24,977 bases of DNA from a virus. Taxonomy: Duplodnaviria > Heunggongvirae > Uroviricota > Caudoviricetes. Shown here piece after piece: positions 1 to 8,401 of the stretch (positions are counted from its first letter, which is position 1; the number at the start of each line of letters is the position of its first letter). Location of the stretch: the IMG/VR virus record IMGVR_UViG_2778261231_000008. One strand, written 5' to 3'. Below the pieces are notes generated by a model. The model was not told the DNA's origin. It ran no database searches and saw only the letters and a program-made list of their open reading frames with translations. A program made the translations under genes and the position numbers.

Positions 1-1053
1 TTACGGGGTAATGCCAACCGCTGCCGCCACTTTGTCGCCACTTGGCAATGTTGCCAGAGGATTGAAACGGAGCGCCGTTTCCAGATGATCCGGTGCCAGA
101 TGTGCGTAACGCATAGTCATTTTTATATCGTGGTGTCCGAGAATTTTTTGTAAGGCCAGGATGTTTCCACCCGACATCATGAAGTGCGCCGCAAAAGTAT
201 GGCGCAGAACGTGTGTCAGTTGACCGCGAGGGAGCACGATAGACGTTTTTTCCATCACGGATAAAAATTGAAAATAGCAGTCTGTGAAGAAATTGAACCC
301 ATCAAGCGCCATGATCTCTTCGTAAAGCTCTTTACTGATAGGGATGCTTCTGTTTTTCTTCCCCTTCGTTCTTACAAAGGTAATTCGGTATTTGGTCACC
401 TGTGAGCGGGTAAGATTTACGGCTTCTCTCCAGCGTGCGCCTGTGCTTAAGCATATCTTGACTACCAGAGCCAGAATTGGGTCCTGACGTTTGCAATCAG
501 CCAGTAATTCAACAATCTGCTCATGGGTAAGCCATGCCATCTCTTTTTCTGCGATGGTGAATTTTCGCATGTTCTCCAGTGGGTTCGGATACGACCATTC
601 GCCCAGACGGGATAGTTCGCTAAAAACACTACTTAGATAGCTTTGCTCCAGGTTAATGGTGACCGGGCTTGCTCCTTTCTTCCATTTCTCGCTGAAGTAG
701 ATCTCGCCTGTCAGGCGTTTATCTCGATAGTGGGCAAACATTTTAGAGGTGAGATCGGTTGCAAGAGGATTGCCTAGAGCGTCAACCATCAGCAGCAATT
801 TGTCATAGACATGCTGTCCAGCAGTCAGAGATTTACCATGTAGTTTGAACCATAGCTCAACCACGTCTTTCAGGGTTCGACGATCCACTGATTCGCCCAG
901 CCAGGGCTTTGATTCGGTTTCTTCCATCGTGTGACGCTCAAAAGCCAGAGCTTCGCCTTTGGTGGCGAATTGTTTACGCACACGACGCCCACTTCGTCCG
1001 GCGGGGTAACATTCGCAAAGCCATTTCCCTGTGGTGAGTTTTCGTACTGCCAT
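1..1053 (-). CDS. int: Tyrosine integrase (P2/186-like site-specific recombinase)
   Basis: 402-aa ORF in the track; the likely true start is the internal ATG at 1051..1053 (MAVRKLTTGKW...), preceded by a GGAGGG Shine-Dalgarno, giving 350 aa. The C-terminal region carries R..HxxR...Y tyrosine-recombinase signatures (LRHTFAAH, MRYAHL). Position at the prophage edge next to att. Confidence 0.88.
   Translation of the reverse strand: MAVRKLTTGKWLCECYPAGRSGRRVRKQFATKGEALAFERHTMEETESKPWLGESVDRRTLKDVVELWFKLHGKSLTAGQHVYDKLLLMVDALGNPLATDLTSKMFAHYRDKRLTGEIYFSEKWKKGASPVTINLEQSYLSSVFSELSRLGEWSYPNPLENMRKFTIAEKEMAWLTHEQIVELLADCKRQDPILALVVKICLSTGARWREAVNLTRSQVTKYRITFVRTKGKKNRSIPISKELYEEIMALDGFNFFTDCYFQFLSVMEKTSIVLPRGQLTHVLRHTFAAHFMMSGGNILALQKILGHHDIKMTMRYAHLAPDHLETALRFNPLATLPSGDKVAAAVGITP
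19..41. repeat. attL core: 23-bp direct repeat cgctgccgccactttgtcgccac, repeated at 22123..22145 with one mismatch
   Basis: Direct comparison of the two ends of the phage-like block; identity stops on both sides of the 23-mer. It overlaps the 3' end of the integrase ORF. Confidence 0.7.
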
Positions 1054-1241
1054 AAAAAATGCCCTCCAGTAGAGAGCATTTTTACTGTATGTATAACCAG
1101 TGTCAATGTATGAAATCCTACGACCATACATCTCACTGAAGCCATAATGAAGTTGGCTATTCTTTTTGCTATGTGAGCATGTAACTTTTGCGGTTAACCT
1201 GCGGCTCATTTTTATTTTAGACGCAGATATAAAAGCAAAAG

Positions 1242-1433
1242 TTATCGTGAGTTTTTAGTACAGATTTTTTTGGATTTACTAATAGTTCCATCATTGCAAA
1301 CGAATTTGCCATCTGAGGTACAGTGAGAAACACCTCCCTTTTTCCCTGAGCAGGGATAATTTCTAGCATAGGTAGTTAGTGGGTTTAATAACAAAGAACA
1401 TGACAAAACCACAAAAAATACCTTACCAAGCAT
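1242..1433 (-). CDS. Small Cys-rich protein with N-terminal hydrophobic signal-like segment (63 aa), function unknown
   Basis: ATG at 1431..1433 preceded by GGGAGGAAA; [16 protein letters not shown] hydrophobic N-terminus then a 6-Cys region; AT-rich by eye; sits between int and the repressor. Confidence 0.45.
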   Translation of the reverse strand: MLGKVFFVVLSCSLLLNPLTTYARNYPCSGKKGGVSHCTSDGKFVCNDGTISKSKKICTKNSR

Positions 1434-1448
1434 AGTTTCCTCCCGGTA

Positions 1449-2018
1449 CTATTTAACATACCTGACTGTTAAACTTATAATTTTACCAATTATTTCAATG
1501 TCTTCTATCTTGCATTCGAAGGCTCTGTTTCCACCCTCGACGAAGATTCTTCCACCGGGTAAACGAGTAATGTCACGGATCGTTATTTCGCCATCAATAC
1601 TTATTACCCATTTACCATCACGTATATCATCAAATTCTTTATCACAAATAAATTCAGAATTGTTATCTGTGATGACAAAAGGTTTTTTAAACGTAGAGGG
1701 TAGAAATCCCTTATCAAAAATATAAAAACCGTCTTTCTGCAATGCTCCATCAGACAATAAATATTTTTCTACTTCTATAGTATTTGTATTTGCTGATGCT
1801 TGCTTTGAACCATGCCCTGTTGTTAGCCAATTAAGCGAGGTGCCCGTTTCAAGGGCGCACTGGATTACCCAATCTGCTGGAAAAATATCACGCATATAGC
1901 GCGTTGCCATGGTGCTCTTAGAAACACCTAAATGATCACAGAGAGCCTGACGGGTACCGAACCCATATGCTTCAACTAAACGTTCTATGGCTTTCTTACC
2001 GCCGCTATTGAAATCCAC
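1449..2018 (-). CDS. cI: Phage 186 CI-like immunity repressor (HTH), no LexA-like S24 autocleavage motif seen
   Basis: The track ORF 1449..2105 begins with GTG; a GTG at 2016..2018 with an upstream GGAGG gives about 189 aa, matching 186 CI length. HTH region ...IERLVEAYGFGTRQALCDHLGVSKSTMATRY...CALETGTSLNWLTTG; no G-D/N-S-M peptidase motif. Start codon is uncertain. Confidence 0.65.
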   Translation of the reverse strand: MDFNSGGKKAIERLVEAYGFGTRQALCDHLGVSKSTMATRYMRDIFPADWVIQCALETGTSLNWLTTGHGSKQASANTNTIEVEKYLLSDGALQKDGFYIFDKGFLPSTFKKPFVITDNNSEFICDKEFDDIRDGKWVISIDGEITIRDITRLPGGRIFVEGGNRAFECKIEDIEIIGKIISLTVRYVK

Positions 2019-2163
2019 AAGTCCTCCAAAGAAATCCAAAATTCGTTGAAAGATTCCAAAAGCGATCTTAAAGTTGAACCAGAAGTGTTCTTTTGGAGCC
2101 TTCACTACTAATCACGACAAACAACGGCTCGCCACAAGCCATATCTAGAAGGAATGTTGCCTT

Positions 2164-2367
2164 ATGACACCTAACATTTCAATTACTCTGAATACACCAC
2201 ATGTCACAATCGAACGTTATAGCGAACTGACTGGCCTTTCTATTGATACGATTAACGACATGTTGGCTGATGGTCGACTACCTCGTCATCGTCTTCGTAA
2301 AGACAAAAAACGTGAAAAGGTAATGATTAACCTGGCTGCTCTGACTGTTGATGCTTTGTCTGCTTAA
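2164..2367 (+). CDS. apl: Apl/Cox-like excisionase / lytic-switch regulator (small HTH protein)
   Basis: 67-aa ORF divergent from the repressor; HTH-like segment [27 protein letters not shown] followed by a basic tail; position between cI and cII as in phage 186. Confidence 0.55.
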   Translation: MTPNISITLNTPHVTIERYSELTGLSIDTINDMLADGRLPRHRLRKDKKREKVMINLAALTVDALSA

Positions 2368-2431
2368 TAGACGTCTATTTTCGCAATAAGACGCTGAGTT
2401 CGATTTTGCGATAAGTTCGGAGTTGAAAACC

Positions 2432-2941
2432 ATGTTTGATTACCAAGTTTCCAAACATCCACATTTTGATGAAGCCTGTCGTGCATTCGCACTGCGCCAC
2501 AATCTGGTGCAACTGGCAGAACGTGCGGGCATGAATGTGCAGATTCTGCGGAACAAGCTGAACCCAGCTCAACCTCATTTATTAACCGCACCAGAAATCT
2601 GGCTGCTTACCGATCTGACTGAAGATTCAACGTTGGTAGATGGTTTTCTGGCACAGATTCATTGTCTGCCATGTGTACCGATTAATGAGGTAGCAAAAGA
2701 GAAACTGCCGCATTACGTCATGAGCGCAACTGCAGAGATCGGGCGTGTTGCAGCAGGTGCGGTATCTGGTGATGTAAAAACTAGTGCCGGTCGTCGTGAT
2801 GCTATCAGCAGCATTAACTCTGTAACACGACTGATGGCGCTGGCTGCTGTTTCATTGCAGGCCCGTTTACAGGCTAACCCTGCGATGGCGAGTGCAGTTG
2901 ATACTGTGACTGGCCTCGGTGCTTCATTCGGTTTGCTGTGA
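2432..2941 (+). CDS. cII: Phage 186 CII-like lysogeny establishment activator
   Basis: ATG at 2432 with GGAG 9 nt upstream (the track starts at an upstream TTG); 169 aa; sequence [23 protein letters not shown]...[24 protein letters not shown] recalls the 186 CII family; immediately downstream of apl. Confidence 0.7.
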   Translation: MFDYQVSKHPHFDEACRAFALRHNLVQLAERAGMNVQILRNKLNPAQPHLLTAPEIWLLTDLTEDSTLVDGFLAQIHCLPCVPINEVAKEKLPHYVMSATAEIGRVAAGAVSGDVKTSAGRRDAISSINSVTRLMALAAVSLQARLQANPAMASAVDTVTGLGASFGLL

Positions 2942-2948
2942 GGTGCTT

Positions 2949-3245
2949 ATGCTGACGAAAGAACCATCATTTGCGTCGCTGCTGGTAAAACAAAGTCCGG
3001 CAATGCACTACGGTCACGGCTGGATCACGGGTGAGGATGGAAAACGCTGGCATCCATGTCATTCACAAGATGAATTGCTGTCTGAATTGACCACGAGGAA
3101 ACGGAGAAAGTCCAAATGTATGCGGCAGAAAGTGAAGTGGTTTATCAGTTTCGTTACAGAGGGGAGAGTTATTCAGTACCTGAAGATGATTTGCTCTGTT
3201 GCTATCCGTCATTGTCGGGCGATGGCAGTTACTTTTTCACGTTAA
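2949..3245 (+). CDS. Hypothetical early-region protein
   Basis: ORF from the ATG at 2949 (track ORF 2919..3245); overlaps the next ORF (3116..3340) in another frame by about 130 nt, so one of the two may be spurious or shorter. Confidence 0.3.
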   Translation: MLTKEPSFASLLVKQSPAMHYGHGWITGEDGKRWHPCHSQDELLSELTTRKRRKSKCMRQKVKWFISFVTEGRVIQYLKMICSVAIRHCRAMAVTFSR

Positions 3246-3340
3246 AGGATGGGATGTTTTTACGGGGAGTGCAGGTTAAAGAGACGATACGAAAAAATGT
3301 ATCTCCTCTTGAGCGTTACCGTAAGAACAAAGAACGATAG
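3116..3340 (+). CDS. Hypothetical early-region protein (74 aa)
   Basis: ATG at 3116 preceded by GGAGAAAG; a plausible small early gene, possibly in the fil/dhr position of 186-type phages. Confidence 0.4.
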   Translation: MYAAESEVVYQFRYRGESYSVPEDDLLCCYPSLSGDGSYFFTLKDGMFLRGVQVKETIRKNVSPLERYRKNKER

Positions 3341-3362
3341 CTGCGTTTGGGGGATATGAAGT

Positions 3363-3704
3363 ATGGCAATTAATGGCGCTGCAGCAACTGTTCCATTAAG
3401 CCCCGGTGAACGCCTGAATGGACTTAATCATATCGCGGAGTTAAGGGCGAAAGTTTTTGGCCTGAATATTGAGTCAGAGCTTGAGCGGTTTATTAAAGAT
3501 ATGCGTGATCCACGGGATATTAATAGCGAACAAAATAAACGGGCACTGGCTGCCATATTCTTTATGGCAAAAATTCCAGCTGAACGTCATAGCATCAGTA
3601 TTAATGAGCTGACCACTGACGAAAAGCGGGAGTTGATTAAAGTAATGAATCATTTTCGTGCAGTGGTGAGCTTATTTCCCAGACGGTTAACCATGCCGAA
3701 TTAA
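3363..3704 (+). CDS. Hypothetical phage early protein (113 aa)
   Basis: ATG at 3363 with an upstream G-rich Shine-Dalgarno; same orientation as the early operon. Confidence 0.5.
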   Translation: MAINGAAATVPLSPGERLNGLNHIAELRAKVFGLNIESELERFIKDMRDPRDINSEQNKRALAAIFFMAKIPAERHSISINELTTDEKRELIKVMNHFRAVVSLFPRRLTMPN

Positions 3705-3771
3705 CCAACTAATGAAATTAATGGCGTAAACCCGCCGGGCATCCCTTTATCTAAATTCAGGAGAATTGATT

Positions 3772-4005
3772 ATGCATAATATTGAAACCCTCACGACTAA
3801 AACCGGACCGGATGATGCAGGGCTTAATATTTTACTGACAGAGGCCCGTCTGGAAGAACGCCGGGCAAGGGCTGAAGCAATGGCAGCTCGCCTTGATAGC
3901 CTGGCGTGTCATATCACATCTCGCCAACTAAACCACGTCGAAGCGGCAGAACTGTTGCGTGTAACTGCTGAAGCAATCCAGAACGAAGCGCAGGAGATCC
4001 ACTAA
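3772..4005 (+). CDS. Hypothetical phage early protein (about 78 aa)
   Basis: ATG at 3772 preceded by AGGAG at 3758..3762 (the track starts at TTG 3766); the stop overlaps the next gene's start (ATGG). Confidence 0.5.
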   Translation: MHNIETLTTKTGPDDAGLNILLTEARLEERRARAEAMAARLDSLACHITSRQLNHVEAAELLRVTAEAIQNEAQEIH

Positions 4006-4232
4006 TGGCTGATGCAATGGATCTCGTACAGCAGCGCGTTGAAGAAGAACTCCAGCGCCATATTCGTGTTGCCCGTGCCAAAACACCGGGCGTGTCTCGC
4101 GTGCTTTGTATTGAATGTGAAGCGCCAATTCCGCCAGCACGACGCCGCGCCATTCCGGGAGTGCAGCTTTGCATTACCTGCCAGGAAATCGCAGAGCTGA
4201 AAGGCAAACATTACAACGGAGGTGCTGTATGA
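4005..4232 (+). CDS. TraR/DksA-family C4 zinc-finger protein
   Basis: 75 aa with CIECEAPIP...CITCQE (Cx2C-N17-Cx2C) near the C-terminus, typical of phage TraR/DksA-like proteins in P2-like early operons. Confidence 0.65.
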
Positions 4233-4531
4233 CAAGGGCAGTGCGTATCCATCAATTAAAAATTGCACCTAAGTATTTCAACGCTGTGGTTGCAGGTCAA
4301 AAGACGGCTGAACTTCGTAAAGACGATCGTGGCTATAAAGTTGGTGATGTTCTTTCTCTTTGCGAATGGAAGCATGGCGTATTTACGGGTAGGGAATGGG
4401 CCGCTGTTATCTCTCATGTGCTTCCGGTTAATGACGTCATGGCAGTTTCAGAACAATGGGTGATGCTATCAATTCGCCCATTAACCCCATTAGAAGCTTT
4501 AGGATATGTTATTGCAGGAGGTGCTGTATGA
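4229..4531 (+). CDS. Small ASCH/PUA-like domain protein (about 100 aa), tentative
   Basis: ATG at 4229 ([11 protein letters not shown]...) preceded by GGAGG and overlapping the upstream stop; segment [32 protein letters not shown] resembles ASCH/DUF3850-type proteins as I recall them. Confidence 0.45.
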
Positions 4532-5385
4532 GCACCATCCTGAAATGGGCGGGAAATAAAACCGCCATTATGTCCGAACTGAAAAAACACCTTCCTGCTG
4601 GCCCGCGACTGGTTGAACCTTTCGCGGGTTCCTGTGCTGTGATGATGGAGACCGATTACCCCAGCTATCTGGTTGCGGATATTAATCCTGATTTAATCAA
4701 CCTCTATAAAAAGGTTGCCGCTGATTGTGAATCGTTTATATCTCGCGCCAGAGTTTTATTTGAGATCGCAAACAGGGAGGTGGCTTATTACAACATAAGG
4801 CAGGAGTTTAATTACTCCACTGAAATTACTGATTTCATGAAAGCGGTATATTTCCTGTATCTCAATCGTCATGGTTACCGTGGATTATGTCGCTATAACA
4901 AGAGCGGGCATTTCAACATTCCGTACGGTAATTATAAAAATCCGTATTTCCCTGAAAAAGAAATTCGCGCATTTGCAGAGAAAGCCCAGCGGGCAACGTT
5001 TATCTGCGCAAGCTTTGATGAAACGCTGGCGATGCTGCAGGTGGGGGATGTGGTGTATTGCGATCCGCCGTATGACGGTACGTTTTCCGGCTATCACACT
5101 GATGGTTTCACTGAAGATGACCAGTATCACCTGGCATCCGTTCTTGAACATCGGTCATCAGAAGGACATCCGGTCATTGTTTCTAACAGTGACACATCCC
5201 TGATCCGTTCGCTGTATCGCAATTTTACTCACCACTACATCAAGGCAAAACGCAGCATCGGTGTGGCAGCTGGTGAGAGTAAATCTGCAACAGAAATCAT
5301 CGCTGTTTCCGGGCCGCGCTGCTGGGTGGGATTTGATCCTTCGCGTGGCGTGGATAGTTCTGCCGTGTACGGAGTGCGTGCATGA
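4528..5385 (+). CDS. dam: DNA adenine methyltransferase (Dam-like, GATC N6-adenine)
   Basis: ATG at 4528 ([15 protein letters not shown]...) with AGGAGG upstream; close to E. coli Dam throughout, including the N-terminal AdoMet motif (LVEPFAGS), [16 protein letters not shown] and the catalytic DPPY motif. Confidence 0.9.
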
Positions 5386-7766
5386 GCCATGCTGATATGA
5401 ACAACTGCAGCGGCTTTAACGAGGTCGCCGCAGCATTCTCATGGAACAGCCCGAAAAAGGCCATTAACCCTTATCTGGACCCGGCGGAAGTTGCGCCGGT
5501 TTCTGCGCTTTCAAACCTGATCACTCTGTACGCTGCAGATAACGAGCAGGAACAACTGCGCCGCGAGGCACTGAGTGATCAGGTCTGGGAGCGTTATTTC
5601 TTTAATGAATCCCGTGATCCTGTCCAACGCGAAATGGAGCAGGATAAGCTCATTAGCCGGGCAAAGCTGGCGCATGAGCAGCAGCGTTTTAATCCGGACA
5701 TGGTCATACTGGCGGACGTTAACGCCCAGCCTTCCCATATCAGCAAGCCGCTGATGCAACGTATTGAATACTTCAGCAGCCTGGGCAGGCCAAAGGCTTA
5801 TTCCCGCTATTTGCGTGAGACGATTAAGCCATGTCTGGAACGACTGGAGCATGTACGCGAGAGTCAGCTATCCACTTCTTTTCGCTTTATGGCAATCCAT
5901 GAAGGTCTGGACGGCCTGCTGATATTGCCTGAAATGAGTCAGGATCAGGTGAAACGCTTGTCTACTCTTGTCGCTGCGCATATGAGCATGTGTCTTGATG
6001 CCGCTTGTGGTGATTTGTACGCCACCGATGATGTTAAGCCAGAAGAAATCCGCAAGACATGGGAAAAGGTGGCAGCAGAAACCCTGCGACTGGATGTCAT
6101 ACCGCCTGCGTTTGAGCAACTCCGCCGGAAAAGAAACCGCCGTAAACCCGTGCCCTATGAACTCATTCCGGGTTCGCTGGCGCGTATGTTGTGCGCCGAC
6201 TGGTGGTACCGGAAATTATGGAAGATGCGTTGCGAATGGCGGGAAGAGCAGTTGCGCGCTGTCTGCCTGGTCAGCAAAAAAGCATCTCCTTATGTCAGCT
6301 ATGAAGCCGTGATGCATAAACGTGAGCAGCGCCGTAAGTCGCTGGAGTTTTTCCGTTCTCATGAACTGGTGAACGAAGACGGCGACACGCTGGACATGGA
6401 GGATGTGGTAAACGCCAGCAGCAGCAACCCTGCGCATCGCCGCAATGAGATGATGGCCTGTGTTAAAGGTCTGGAGCTTATCGCGGAAATGCGCGGTGAC
6501 TGCGCCGTTTTCTACACCATCACCTGTCCGTCACGTTTCCATTCCACGCTAAATAACGGCAGGCCCAACCCGACCTGGACAAATGCGACGGTAAGACAAA
6601 GCAGTGATTATCTGGTCGGCATGTTTGCTGCATTTCGTAAGGCGATGCACAAAGCCGGATTGCGCTGGTATGGCGTGCGGGTGGCTGAGCCGCATCATGA
6701 CGGTACAGTTCACTGGCACCTGTTGTGTTTTATGCGCAAAAAAGACCGCCGCGCCATCACTGCATTACTGCGTAAGTTTGCCATCCGTGAAGACCGCGAG
6801 GAGCTGGGCAATAACACGGGGCCGCGCTTTAAGTCTGAGTTGATTAACCCGCGCAAAGGAACGCCGACAAGCTACATCGCGAAATATATCAGTAAGAACA
6901 TTGACGGGCGTGGTCTGGCTGGCGAGATCAGCAAGGAAACGGGTAAATCCCTGCGTGATAACGCTGAATACGTGAATGCCTGGGCGTCTCTGCATCGTGT
7001 TCAGCAATTCCGCTTCTTTGGTATTCCGGGGCGTCAGGCTTATCGTGAACTGCGATTGCTGGCTGGTCAGGCGGCAAGGCAGCAGGGTGACAAAAAAGCA
7101 GGTGCGCCGGTACTGGATAACCCACGCCTTGATGCCATCCTAGCTGCTGCTGATGCTGGTTGTTTTGCCACCTACATCATGAAGCAGGGGGGCGTACTGG
7201 TTCCCCGCAAATATCACCTCATCAGAACCGCTTATGAAATCAACGAAGAGCCGACCGCCTATGGTGATCACGGCATTCGTATTTATGGCATCTGGTCACC
7301 CATTGCAGAGGGCAAGATCTGTACTCATGCAGTGAAGTGGAAAATGGTTCGTAAGGCCGTTGACGTTAAGGAGGCGGCAGCCGACCAAAGCGCTTGCGCC
7401 CCTTGGACTCGTGGCAATAACTGTCCCCCTGTTGAAAAAATGTACCAGACAGGGGGCGAATTATCGGGCAGGCAAGAACCTGCAGCCCTGCCGGACTTCG
7501 AGAATATGAGCAAAAAGGAGCTGCGAGAACTGACAGCGAGGCTGCGACTGGTCAAACCGAAGCGCCGGAAAGGGTACAAACAGGAAATTACGGATCACCA
7601 GCGCCTGCAGCTCGATGCGGAACTGAGGTCCAGAGGCTTTGACGCGAGTGAAACGGAAGTTGATCTGCTTCTACGTGGCGGCAGCTTGCCATCTGGAGCC
7701 GGATTGCGGCTGTTCTACCGGAACCAGCGGCTGCAGGAGGATGACAAATGGCGGCAGTGGTACTGA
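5382..7766 (+). CDS. A: Replication initiation endonuclease A (P2 gpA family, rolling-circle)
   Basis: 794 aa; conserved block [19 protein letters not shown] and ...[12 protein letters not shown]... with the active-site tyrosine region typical of P2 A; start overlaps the dam stop. Confidence 0.85.
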   Translation: MSHADMNNCSGFNEVAAAFSWNSPKKAINPYLDPAEVAPVSALSNLITLYAADNEQEQLRREALSDQVWERYFFNESRDPVQREMEQDKLISRAKLAHEQQRFNPDMVILADVNAQPSHISKPLMQRIEYFSSLGRPKAYSRYLRETIKPCLERLEHVRESQLSTSFRFMAIHEGLDGLLILPEMSQDQVKRLSTLVAAHMSMCLDAACGDLYATDDVKPEEIRKTWEKVAAETLRLDVIPPAFEQLRRKRNRRKPVPYELIPGSLARMLCADWWYRKLWKMRCEWREEQLRAVCLVSKKASPYVSYEAVMHKREQRRKSLEFFRSHELVNEDGDTLDMEDVVNASSSNPAHRRNEMMACVKGLELIAEMRGDCAVFYTITCPSRFHSTLNNGRPNPTWTNATVRQSSDYLVGMFAAFRKAMHKAGLRWYGVRVAEPHHDGTVHWHLLCFMRKKDRRAITALLRKFAIREDREELGNNTGPRFKSELINPRKGTPTSYIAKYISKNIDGRGLAGEISKETGKSLRDNAEYVNAWASLHRVQQFRFFGIPGRQAYRELRLLAGQAARQQGDKKAGAPVLDNPRLDAILAAADAGCFATYIMKQGGVLVPRKYHLIRTAYEINEEPTAYGDHGIRIYGIWSPIAEGKICTHAVKWKMVRKAVDVKEAAADQSACAPWTRGNNCPPVEKMYQTGGELSGRQEPAALPDFENMSKKELRELTARLRLVKPKRRKGYKQEITDHQRLQLDAELRSRGFDASETEVDLLLRGGSLPSGAGLRLFYRNQRLQEDDKWRQWY

Positions 7767-7844
7767 AAAGCCAGGATTGAGGTTATCTATTAATCAAAGG
7801 GTTAGCTGAGTAAAAAACTATTTCAGCTTTAAATACATATGTTG

Positions 7845-7864
7845 TACTGTATATATAAACAGTA
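7845..7864. promoter_or_regulatory. LexA (SOS) box, TACTGTATATATAAACAGTA (CTGT-N8-ACAG)
   Basis: Near-perfect match to the LexA operator consensus, 17 nt upstream of the GTG start at 7881 and overlapping a likely -10 (TATAAA). Confidence 0.75.
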
Positions 7865-7880
7865 ATAAGGGGAGGGAGTT

Positions 7881-8066
7881 GTGAACGATTTGTTCATGGA
7901 GTCACTTGCACTGCAGCGGATAGAACTTATGGCCCGGCTGGTCGCCAGTTCAGATTGTAGCGATGACGACAAGGAGGTTGCGATTTCGTGGCTGTCGGAG
8001 CTGACGAGCGATCTGGTTACCAGGCTGAATGAATACGGAGTAGGGCAGGATGAGAGTACGCATTAG
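7881..8066 (+). CDS. SOS-regulated small protein (61 aa); possible Tum-like antirepressor or its remnant
   Basis: GTG start preceded by AAGGGGAGGGAG; lies directly downstream of the LexA box and of gene A, the position of the LexA-controlled tum operon in phage 186. No sequence-level recognition of Tum. Confidence 0.45.
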   Translation: MNDLFMESLALQRIELMARLVASSDCSDDDKEVAISWLSELTSDLVTRLNEYGVGQDESTH

Positions 8067-8248
8067 TGATTTCGCACCATGGGAAACTCCCTCCCATATG
8101 GCATCCTGCAGTTTGAGAAAGCAGTGCATGTCTATGGTGCATGGATTCGCATGATCCGAAAAGGATCGCAACGGGTCGGGGCCGCCAGAACTGGCGCGCT
8201 TTCCGGCCCGTCATGCACCTGCATGAAAACCACTACATAAAGCGGGCA

Positions 8249-8267
8249 GGCGTGGCGGGGATACGAG
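8249..8267. other. Possible cos-site remnant (ggcgtggcggggatacgag)
   Basis: The first 13 nt match the 19-nt cohesive-end sequence of P2/186 as I recall it (GGCG[A/T]GGCGGGGAAAGCA...), then it diverges; lies in a GC-rich non-coding stretch between the SOS gene and the cargo cassette. Confidence 0.25.
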
Positions 8268-8401
8268 CGCGCGCTGATGCAACTTGCAGCTATTGTTTAT
8301 TCATGGGGGGGCATCACACACATAACGGACATTTTTGTTTGAAAAATATAGTGATTGAGGCGATTATTGATGTAACGCTATCAACATAACAAAGGCTTCT
8401 T

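Noticed and set aside
870-1145. Short ORFs (91 aa on the minus strand, 60 aa on the plus strand) inside the integrase gene
   Set aside because: Fully nested in or antisense to the integrase coding sequence, with no independent support.
1054-1209. N-terminal extension of the integrase ORF to 402 aa
   Set aside because: The internal ATG at 1053 has a strong GGAGGG Shine-Dalgarno and gives a length typical of P2-family integrases; the upstream extension has no recognisable integrase sequence.
8141-8389. 82-aa + strand ORF between the SOS gene and the cargo cassette
   Set aside because: GC-rich with an odd His/Cys/Arg-rich translation, no ribosome-binding site, and overlapping the cos-like remnant; more likely non-coding remnant sequence.
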